Shown: one piece after another, positions 9,136-16,735 of the stretch
Numbering within the stretch: position 1 is the first letter of the stretch
Layout: the number at the start of each line of letters is the position of its first letter
Assembly (NCBI GenBank): GCA_031265235.1
Contig: JAISCX010000005.1
Coordinates: forward strand, 3,912 to 35,911
Origin: Rickettsiales bacterium
GTDB taxonomy: Bacteria > Pseudomonadota > Alphaproteobacteria > Rs-D84
DNA length: 32,000 bases
Direction: 5' to 3'
The notes under the pieces: generated by a model
What the model saw: the letters and a program-made list of their open reading frames with translations, nothing else
Database searches by the model: none
What the model was told of the DNA's origin: nothing
Position numbers and translations under genes: made by a program

Positions 9136-9866
9136 TGTTCTTATTAAAAGACAGGGTTGCATTGATAACCGGCGCAACCGGCGGCATAGGCGAGGCGATC
9201 GCCCGCGAATTCGCGCGCATGGGCGCCACGGTTGTTCTTACCGGCCGCAATGCAGACAAATTGGAAAAATTAAAAAATGAAACCGGCGGGATTGTAATAG
9301 CGGCCGATTTGGGGCAGGCGGGCGAAGCAGACCGACTGATCAAAGAAACAATTGAGAAAGCCGGGCGGATAGATATTCTGGTAAACAATGCGGGCCTGAC
9401 GCGCGATACACTTTTGATGCGCATGACCGACGCCCAGTTCGACGAAGTCATGAACGTAAACCTGCGCGCAACGTTCCAGCTGTGCCGCGCATGCGTCATG
9501 CCCATGATGAAGAACAAGTTCGGCCGCATTATCAATATTTCCAGCATCGTGGGATATATCGGCGGTCCGGGCCAGGCGAACTATGCGGCGTCCAAGGGCG
9601 CGATTGTCGCAATGACAAAGTCAATCGCCGCCGAAGTCGCATCCCGCGGCATCACCGCGAACTGCATCGCGCCCGGATTTATCAAAACCGCAATGACGGA
9701 CGTTTTGCCGGACGAATTAAAAGAAACATATCTGAAACAAATCCCCGCGGGGCGTTTCGGCGAGCCAGCCGACATCGCGAACGCCGCGGTATTTTTGGCC
9801 AGTGACGAGGCATCATACATAAACGGCCAAACATTGCACGTAAACGGCGGAATGGGACGATTTTAA
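9135..9866 (+). CDS. fabG: 3-oxoacyl-ACP reductase
   Basis: This is an SDR with TGATGGIG, NNAG, and the catalytic S...YAASK. The length and the C-terminal GQTLHVNGGM are typical of FabG. Confidence 0.93.
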   Translation: MFLLKDRVALITGATGGIGEAIAREFARMGATVVLTGRNADKLEKLKNETGGIVIAADLGQAGEADRLIKETIEKAGRIDILVNNAGLTRDTLLMRMTDAQFDEVMNVNLRATFQLCRACVMPMMKNKFGRIINISSIVGYIGGPGQANYAASKGAIVAMTKSIAAEVASRGITANCIAPGFIKTAMTDVLPDELKETYLKQIPAGRFGEPADIANAAVFLASDEASYINGQTLHVNGGMGRF

Positions 9867-11644
9867 GAATTTTTTTTCATTGCGCGCAATATCACCATCG
9901 TCCCCGATGGCGTGACCCCGGGAATCCGCGATAATGCGGCAATATTTTCCGGGCGCGCGCGTGATAATTTTTCTTTCAATTCATTGGTCAGTCCCGACAT
10001 CGCCGCATAATCAAAATCCATTGGGATTTTGATATTCTTATCCCGCTGATAGCTTTCAATCTCGCGCGCCTGGCGCGCTATATATCCGGCATAAAATTTG
10101 TCATTTTCATTTCTGATTGCTGATTTTTGATTGCTGTTTTTTTCAAATTGTTCCGCTGTAACAAGACCCGATTCAACCCCGATCGACCCCAGGCGGAATA
10201 TCGCGTTGTCCGCGCGCAGCGACAATCTGTATTCCGCGCGTGATGTGAACATACGGTAAGGCTCGTCAACGCCCAGCATCGTAATATCATCAATCAGCAC
10301 GCCGATCATTGAATTTGTGCGATCCAATATTAACGATTGTTTGTTCATCGCATAGGCGGCGGCGTTCGCGCCCGCAACCAATCCCTGGGTTGCCGCTTCT
10401 TCGTATCCGCTTGTTCCGTTTATTTGACCGGCGAAAAACAATCCTGGAATATCTTTGGATTCCAATGTTGATTTCAGCGTGCGCGCGTCAATCGCATCAT
10501 ATTCTATGGCATATCCGTAACGCGCTATACGCACGTTTTCAAGTCCCGGGATGGTCCGCAGGAATTTGTCCTGGACCGCTGATGACATGGATGTGGAAAG
10601 GCCGTTTGGATAAATCATATCGCTGTCGATGCCTTCGGGTTCCAGGAACACATGATGCGACAAATGTTCCGGAAAGCGCATGACTTTATCTTCCAGACTT
10701 GGGCAATACCGTGGGCCGATGCCGGTGATTTCGCCGTTATACATCGGCGCGTCCGATATATTGCCGCGGATTACCGCATGCGTTTGTTCGGTGGTATGCG
10801 TTATGTGGCAGCTTCGCCGCCCGTGATTTGTGATTTGTGACCCTTGATTCGAAAACCACGGATGATCTTCGTCGCCTTGCTGTATTTCGCACTTTGAAAA
10901 ATCTATGCTGTCGGCATAAAGACGGGCGGGCGTGCCCGTTTTAAGGCGAATCAATTCAAACCCGGCCGTCATAAGGACCGCGGATATGTTTTTGTCCGGC
11001 GACTGGTATGTTCCGTCGTCCTGCAAGCGTCCGCTTTCTATTTTTTCCGGACCGCGGTGCACAAGTCCCCGAAGAAAAGTTCCGGCAGTGACAACGACTG
11101 CCTTTGCGCGATATTTTCCATTCACAATTTTATTTTGCAGGTCCAGGGATTCAACGGGTTCATATATGGTTGTCAAATTTGCTCGGTATAAATCCCCTTC
11201 GCTGGCGAAGGGGTGGCAGACGCCGAAAGCGGCTGACGGGGTAGTGGTCATTGATTCATTAATCACTACCCCGCCGCTAGCGCGGCACCCCTTCGCCAGC
11301 GAAGGGGAATTCAGACCGAGCAGGGTTTTGACTGCATCGCGATAAAGATCACGGTCAATCTGCGCGCGAAGCGCTTGTGTCGCCGGTCCGTGCGTCGCGT
11401 TCAGCACGCGGAAATGAATTCCCGCCATATCCGCGGCCCGTGGCATCATTCCACCCAGCGCATCAATTTCCGCCACTAATTGCGATTTCCCAGGTCCGCC
11501 TATGCTTGGGTTGCATGACATCGCGCCTATGTCTGTTTCAGATTTTGTAAACAATGCAACCGATGCGCCGCGCCGCGCCGCGGCGGCTGCGGCCTCTATA
11601 CCTGCGTGCCCCGCCCCGATAACGATAATGTCATATTCCTTCAT
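9863..11644 (-). CDS. mnmG: tRNA uridine 5-carboxymethylaminomethyl modification enzyme MnmG/GidA (carries repeat insertions)
   Basis: DIIVIGAGHAG FAD motif, MSCNPSIGG, GPRYCPSLEDKV, FFAGQINGTSGYEEAA and YRMFTSRAEYRL are all present. The ORF is intact at 593 aa. Confidence 0.95.
   Translation of the reverse strand: MKEYDIIVIGAGHAGIEAAAAAARRGASVALFTKSETDIGAMSCNPSIGGPGKSQLVAEIDALGGMMPRAADMAGIHFRVLNATHGPATQALRAQIDRDLYRDAVKTLLGLNSPSLAKGCRASGGVVINESMTTTPSAAFGVCHPFASEGDLYRANLTTIYEPVESLDLQNKIVNGKYRAKAVVVTAGTFLRGLVHRGPEKIESGRLQDDGTYQSPDKNISAVLMTAGFELIRLKTGTPARLYADSIDFSKCEIQQGDEDHPWFSNQGSQITNHGRRSCHITHTTEQTHAVIRGNISDAPMYNGEITGIGPRYCPSLEDKVMRFPEHLSHHVFLEPEGIDSDMIYPNGLSTSMSSAVQDKFLRTIPGLENVRIARYGYAIEYDAIDARTLKSTLESKDIPGLFFAGQINGTSGYEEAATQGLVAGANAAAYAMNKQSLILDRTNSMIGVLIDDITMLGVDEPYRMFTSRAEYRLSLRADNAIFRLGSIGVESGLVTAEQFEKNSNQKSAIRNENDKFYAGYIARQAREIESYQRDKNIKIPMDFDYAAMSGLTNELKEKLSRARPENIAALSRIPGVTPSGTMVILRAMKKNS
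10113..10140 (-). repeat. degenerate heptamer array inside mnmG (CTGATTG CTGATTT TTGATTG CTGTTTT on the + strand)
   Basis: Period-7 pattern read by eye. The sense strand encodes NSNQKSAIRN. Confidence 0.5.
10823..10841 (-). repeat. heptamer array (GTGATTT GTGATTT GTGAC on +; AAATCAC on the sense strand) inside mnmG
   Basis: Direct tandem repeat encoding SQITNH. Confidence 0.8.
11194..11307. repeat. 114-bp palindromic element inserted in-frame in mnmG (RPE-like)
   Basis: The termini CCCCTTCGCTGGCGAAGGGG (11194-11213) and CCCCTTCGCCAGCGAAGGGG (11288-11307) are reverse complements of each other, and each is itself a hairpin. The central stem is GGGGTAGTG...CACTACCCC (11238-11271). 114 nt is 38 codons. 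Confidence 0.8.
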
Positions 11645-12243
11645 AATTCATTTACCTTTCCGACAATACCGCGCATCATCGCCTCTTTAAAATAAACATC
11701 CGGAAATCCTATCCAGCCGCGGCTTGGGATCGCGCCGCGACAGCGCTTCATTATATCTTCGGGACAATTTATGCAAAGATTTCCATCCGCAGATTCTATT
11801 TTCATGCCTGGCGTGACTTTTTCTTTTCTGTCCGCGATTTCCAAAGCCTGCGGGATAAAACTTTTTACATCAACTTCATAATCGCAATCATACCAACCCG
11901 GCCCGCCATAGCCCCAGATATGATCATCCGCCAGATCACGGGCCAGCGCCATAACGTCCGTTCTTTCAAACGTGCATTTGCCATGCGGAGTATATCGCAG
12001 ATATTCTATTATTTGTTCGTCTGTTTTATTTTTTATCTCGTCAAGCAAGTCTTTGCGGTTTTCCGTGCATCCGCATTTTTCGTTCATATCAAAGACGCAA
12101 TTATCATGATTGCCGCATTCGCCGCATACCCGCCCAATCTCTTCGGCGAATTCGCAGGATAGCGCGATATTTTCGTAAAAACTATTCTCCCTGTATGCGC
12201 ATCGTTCGTGGCACCCGCGCCTACAGTTCTTGTTTTGTTCCAT
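11641..12243 (-). CDS. cysteine-rich hypothetical protein, translationally coupled to mnmG
   Basis: The ORF is open to 12339. I prefer the ATG at 12243 (MEQNKNCRRGCHERC...). It is ~200 aa with more than a dozen Cys in CxxC-like clusters (CRRGCHERC, CGECGNHDNC, CGC, CINC). Its stop overlaps the mnmG ATG (ATGA). I recognise no family, and the start is uncertain. Confidence 0.55.
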   Translation of the reverse strand: MEQNKNCRRGCHERCAYRENSFYENIALSCEFAEEIGRVCGECGNHDNCVFDMNEKCGCTENRKDLLDEIKNKTDEQIIEYLRYTPHGKCTFERTDVMALARDLADDHIWGYGGPGWYDCDYEVDVKSFIPQALEIADRKEKVTPGMKIESADGNLCINCPEDIMKRCRGAIPSRGWIGFPDVYFKEAMMRGIVGKVNEL

Positions 12244-12377
12244 TTTTTCGCTCTTTGCGCAGATTTTATCAAGAAAAAACTGGAAATCCATAAAAACTTG
12301 TATTAGAATATCGGGCATGGCAACAAAAACCATAATCATTATAGAATAAACGGCGATGCGCTTTGGCGTAATGCCCG

Positions 12378-12401
12378 GGCGCGGAATGCGCCTGTTTTTT
12401 T
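12378..12401 (+). promoter_or_regulatory. terminator-like hairpin plus T-run in the ileS leader
   Basis: GGCGC-GGAAT-GCGCC is followed by TGTTTTTTT and ends ~17 nt before the ileS ATG, just before the AAAGGA RBS. Confidence 0.3.
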
Positions 12402-12417
12402 ATTAAAGGAAAAACAA

Positions 12418-15400
12418 ATGTATCCCAAGACCGACGCGCGCGCGAATTTCCCGCAGATGGAACAAGAAATACTTGGCTTTTGGCGCGCGAATGATATTTT
12501 TCACAAATCGTTGGAAAAGACAAAGGACGGCGCGCCGTTCACATTCTTTGACGGGCCGCCGTTCGCCAACGGCACGCCGCACTGGGGGCATGTCGGCGTG
12601 TCCGCGATGAAGGACATGGTGTTCCGTTTTAAAACCATGGGCGGGCGATATGTTCTGCGCGAACTGGGCTGGGACTGCCATGGATTGCCGGCGGAACAGT
12701 CTGTTGAAAAGTCGCAGAAAAAACTGGCCAAAGATATCGTCGCGGGTGCCGGCATTGGCGGGTTCTGTGAAATGTGCCGCGCGGACGTTCTGAAATATAC
12801 CGACGTATTTAAAAACGTATATGAACGCGAAGGCCGCTGGGTCGAAACCGGCCCCGAATTCGGTTACGCCACCATGGATAAAAACTATATGGAATCCGTC
12901 ATATGGGCGATCAAGCAATTGCATGACAAGGGATTGCTATATAAAGATTTCAGCGTTAATCCATTTGATTGGAAGCTTGGAACCGTGCTGTCTAATTCCG
13001 AAGCCGCCCAAGAATACATGGACGTGATTGACGACGCTGTGACTGTCTGGTTTGAACTGGCCGATGGGCGGCGTGTTCTTGCATGGACAACAACGCCTTG
13101 GACGTTGCCAGGGAATTCGGCGCTGGCGGTTAATCCGAAAATGAAATACGCCGTGATGCGTGATACTGACAGCAAAGAATACATAATCGCAGAATCCCGC
13201 GTTTCGGCATATGAAAAGCAACTTGCGACCACCGAGAAAATCGGCGAAGTCATGGGTTCCGAACTTGTCGGACTGCAATATAAACCGTTATTTGATTATT
13301 ATATCAAATCACAAGTCACAAATCACAAATCACTCTATACCGTAATCCCCGCCGATTATGTCAGCGACAGCGACGGCACTGGAATCGTGCATATTGCGCC
13401 CGCATTTGGCCAGGAAGACTTTTGGGCGGCGAAAAATATCGACCAACATTTTCCGGTTATTCTGAATGTGGATAATTATGGAAACTTTACCGATGAAGTT
13501 ACGGACTGGGCGGGCGAAAATATTTTCGAAGCCACGCCGAAAATCATCGCGCATTTAAAAGAATCCGGCAATCTTGTGAAAAAGGACCAGCACAAGCATT
13601 CGTATCCGTTCAGTTATCGCACGCATGAAAAGCTGATCTATCGCGCGGCGGATTCCTGGTATATAGACGTGCCGAAGATTCAGGAAAGGCTGATAGAGAA
13701 CACAAAAAAAACCGATTGGAAATCCGCGGGAGAACGGTTTATGCGCTGGATTGAAAACGCGCGGCCATGGGCGATTTCGCGCAACCGGTTCTGGGGAACC
13801 CCGCTGCCCATCTGGGAACGTGACGGTGAATACAAAGTATTCGGCTCTGTCGCGGAAATGGAAGAATTTTTTGAAACCAAGATTAAAGACCTGCACCGGC
13901 CGACATTGGATGCGCTTACCCGCGACGGATGGACGCGCATTCCGGATGTTCTGGACTGCTGGGTTGAAAGCGGTTCGATGCCTTTCGCCCAACTGCACTA
14001 TCCTTTTGAAAACGCGGAACGGTTTAACGCGACATTTCCTGCGGATTATATTATAGAGGGGCCGGATCAAACCCGCGGATGGTTCTATTCGCTGATGGTG
14101 CTGGCAACCGCTTTGTTTGACAAGCCGGCATTCAAAACCGTTTCCGTAAACGGACTGATTCTGGACGATCAAAAACGCAAGATGTCAAAGTCGCTGGGCA
14201 ATTATGAAGATCCGATGATTTTGCTGGATAAATACGGCGCGGATGCCGTGCGCCTTTACATACTTGGCGGCAACTTTATGAAGTGCGAACCGATCATGCT
14301 GGATAAAGCCGGCACAGTGTTTATAGAACCGACCAAGAACGTGCTGACGCCGTTATGGAACGCGTATCATTTCTTTACCCTGTATGCGAACGCAGGAAAC
14401 ATCACGGCAAAAAAAGTAGAAAAATGGTTTGTTGCGGAAAACGTTCTGGACAGATATATTCTGACAGAGCTGAACGAGCTGTTCAAATCATGCAATGCCG
14501 CGTTGGATGACTATAAGCCGGACACAGCCGTGCGCGCTATCTCTGAATTTTTGGAAATCCTTAACAATTGGTATATCCGCCGTTCGCGCGAACGTTTTTG
14601 GAACGAAGACCAGAATGCGTTCAATACACTGTGGACCGTATTAATCGACCTCTGCCGCTTGATTGCGCCGCTTGCGCCGTTCGTCACCGAATATATATAT
14701 CGCGCGATAACGGGATTGGAAAGCGTGCACTTACAGGCCTATCCGCATTACAATGAAAATAAAAACAGTATGGATTTGCTTTCCGATATGCGAAAGATCC
14801 AGGAAATCATATCCGTCGGGAAACAGCTGCGTGATAAATACGGATTGCGCAATCGTCTGCCGCTGGAACAAATATGGATATACGGCGACAGTTTAAAACA
14901 ATTGTTTATAAACCCTGAATTCGCAAATATTATTCGCGAAGAACTGAACATCAAATCAATGGGCGGAAATAGCGACATATCATCTGTCGCCGATTCGTTC
15001 GTGTATCTGATAACGCCGAAAATAGGCGCGCGCTTGGGCAGCAAATTGAAAGATATAATCGCCGCATCGAAACAGCCCGGGTTTAATCCGGACGCATGGG
15101 GATTGCTGCCGGATGAATTCGAAACGCGTCTTAATATGAAATCCGGCGTCACCGGCGCGGCGCTGCCGGACAATACCGCGGTCGTTGTGCTGGATACGAA
15201 TGTGACGCCGGAACTGATCCGCGAAGGACTTGCACGCGACGCGCTGCGCTTTATCCAAGACATGCGGCGGACGCGCGAACTGGATGTGTCCGACCGGATT
15301 GTTTTGGAATATTCCGCCGATCCGGAACTGGCCCTTGCAATATCCGCGCACGCCGATATGATAAAGGAAAACGCATTGGTTACAGAACTGCGCGAAAATG

Positions 15401-15468
15401 CGGACACCAAAGAATTCGAAACAGAAATCGAAGACAACAAATTCGGAATCAAAATAGCAAAAGCATAA
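12418..15468 (+). CDS. ileS: isoleucine--tRNA ligase (long, type-2/eukaryote-like form)
   Basis: 1016 aa with PFANGTPHWGH (HIGH-type), the WTTTPWTLPGN editing-domain motif, GTGIVHIAPAFG and KMSKS (KRKMSKSLGN). Confidence 0.95.
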   Translation: MYPKTDARANFPQMEQEILGFWRANDIFHKSLEKTKDGAPFTFFDGPPFANGTPHWGHVGVSAMKDMVFRFKTMGGRYVLRELGWDCHGLPAEQSVEKSQKKLAKDIVAGAGIGGFCEMCRADVLKYTDVFKNVYEREGRWVETGPEFGYATMDKNYMESVIWAIKQLHDKGLLYKDFSVNPFDWKLGTVLSNSEAAQEYMDVIDDAVTVWFELADGRRVLAWTTTPWTLPGNSALAVNPKMKYAVMRDTDSKEYIIAESRVSAYEKQLATTEKIGEVMGSELVGLQYKPLFDYYIKSQVTNHKSLYTVIPADYVSDSDGTGIVHIAPAFGQEDFWAAKNIDQHFPVILNVDNYGNFTDEVTDWAGENIFEATPKIIAHLKESGNLVKKDQHKHSYPFSYRTHEKLIYRAADSWYIDVPKIQERLIENTKKTDWKSAGERFMRWIENARPWAISRNRFWGTPLPIWERDGEYKVFGSVAEMEEFFETKIKDLHRPTLDALTRDGWTRIPDVLDCWVESGSMPFAQLHYPFENAERFNATFPADYIIEGPDQTRGWFYSLMVLATALFDKPAFKTVSVNGLILDDQKRKMSKSLGNYEDPMILLDKYGADAVRLYILGGNFMKCEPIMLDKAGTVFIEPTKNVLTPLWNAYHFFTLYANAGNITAKKVEKWFVAENVLDRYILTELNELFKSCNAALDDYKPDTAVRAISEFLEILNNWYIRRSRERFWNEDQNAFNTLWTVLIDLCRLIAPLAPFVTEYIYRAITGLESVHLQAYPHYNENKNSMDLLSDMRKIQEIISVGKQLRDKYGLRNRLPLEQIWIYGDSLKQLFINPEFANIIREELNIKSMGGNSDISSVADSFVYLITPKIGARLGSKLKDIIAASKQPGFNPDAWGLLPDEFETRLNMKSGVTGAALPDNTAVVVLDTNVTPELIREGLARDALRFIQDMRRTRELDVSDRIVLEYSADPELALAISAHADMIKENALVTELRENADTKEFETEIEDNKFGIKIAKA
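13309..13333 (+). repeat. heptamer array TCACAAG TCACAAA TCACAAA TCAC inside ileS
   Basis: Tandem repeat on the sense strand encoding KSQVTNHKS. Confidence 0.8.
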
Positions 15469-15509
15469 AGGATTTAATATGAAACTGTCCGATGTTTTGA
15501 GTTTTATTG

Positions 15510-16181
15510 ATGGCAAATAAAAAAATCTCTTTGACGCCCGATATTTATTTCAGCATGGTGCCGAAAAGCGTGGACATGTCCATACGGTCGGAATTGTATT
15601 TCACAAACGAATTCACATTCGCGGTGGCAGTGATTCTATCCGCCCAGGCGACGGACAAGAAAGTAAACGAAGTCACGCCCGCGTTATTTTCTGTCGCGAA
15701 CACGCCGGAAAAGATGCTGACGCTTGGCGAAGAGGGTTTAAAAAAACATATCAAAGTCATTTCCTTTTTCAATAACAAGGCTAAAAATATTATCGGATTG
15801 GCGAGAGAGCTTGATAAAGGCGCACAAAATTCGGATTATAAATTTCCGGAAATTTATCATGCCCGCGATAAATTGATGAAACTGCCGGGGGTCGGGCAAA
15901 AAACTGCGAACGTTATAATGAACGTGCTTTGGGGTTCGCCCATGGTCGGCGTGGATACGCACGTTTTCCGCAATGCGCACAGATACGGCTGGGTCGGGCC
16001 TGCGGACAATACGCCGGAAAAAGTCGAAGAAAAGCTTTTAAAAATTATTCCCAAAAAGTATCATGGCATAATAAATCATGTGATGGTTCTGCACGGGCGA
16101 TATATTTGCAAGGCGCTGCGTCCATTGTGCGCGGATTGCCCGGTGAATATTTGGTGCGAGGCAAAGGATAAAAAATTATGA
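15510..16181 (+). CDS. nth: endonuclease III
   Basis: It has the HhH-GPD motif (LMKLPGVGQKTANVIMN), the catalytic VDTHV, and the 4Fe-4S cluster loop CKALRPLCADCPVNIWC. The track start at 15507 is a TTG one codon before the ATG. Confidence 0.9.
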   Translation: MANKKISLTPDIYFSMVPKSVDMSIRSELYFTNEFTFAVAVILSAQATDKKVNEVTPALFSVANTPEKMLTLGEEGLKKHIKVISFFNNKAKNIIGLARELDKGAQNSDYKFPEIYHARDKLMKLPGVGQKTANVIMNVLWGSPMVGVDTHVFRNAHRYGWVGPADNTPEKVEEKLLKIIPKKYHGIINHVMVLHGRYICKALRPLCADCPVNIWCEAKDKKL

Positions 16182-16660
16182 CAAAGATAACCGATCAAGA
16201 TATTTGCTTTATGGAAATGGCGATAAAGCTGGCGGGCGAATCCATAAAAAAGAAAACACCATTTGGCGGCCCTTTCGGCGCGGTCGTTGTCAAGAATGGC
16301 AAGGTCATAGGGCGCGGATTCAATCGCGTCATCATTGACCATGATCCCACCGCGCATGGCGAGATTGTCGCAATCCGCGACGCATGCAAAAACATCGAAA
16401 GCTTTGATTTGTCAGGATGCGTGTTATACGCCAGCTGCAAGCCATGTCCGATGTGTCTTGCCGCCGCAGGATGGGCGAACATAGAATTGATTTACTATGC
16501 GGCGAATTCCAGCGACGCGGCAAGGATTGGCTTTCGCGATTCCGTAATGTATAAAGATCTACCGCATCAAAAAGCTGGAACGAAAATAAAATCCCAAGCG
16601 CCACACGCGGCGGAAATAATGCACGAATGGCACGAAAAATTTTATAATTCAATCTATTGA
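16178..16660 (+). CDS. CDA-fold nucleoside/guanine deaminase (GuaD-like)
   Basis: It has the zinc motifs HGEIVAIRDA and CKPCPMCLAA. The overall pattern (PFGAVVVKNGKVIG...DPTAHGE...LYASCKPCPMC...YYAANSSDAARIGFRDS) resembles the small Bacillus-type guanine deaminase more than TadA. It overlaps nth by ATGA. Confidence 0.75.
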   Translation: MTKITDQDICFMEMAIKLAGESIKKKTPFGGPFGAVVVKNGKVIGRGFNRVIIDHDPTAHGEIVAIRDACKNIESFDLSGCVLYASCKPCPMCLAAAGWANIELIYYAANSSDAARIGFRDSVMYKDLPHQKAGTKIKSQAPHAAEIMHEWHEKFYNSIY

Positions 16661-16735
16661 ATACACTATTTCGTTTTCGCAAACTCATCCGCGGATTTCA
16701 TAATTTCAAGAATCAGCGCGTTCAGCGATTCGGTG

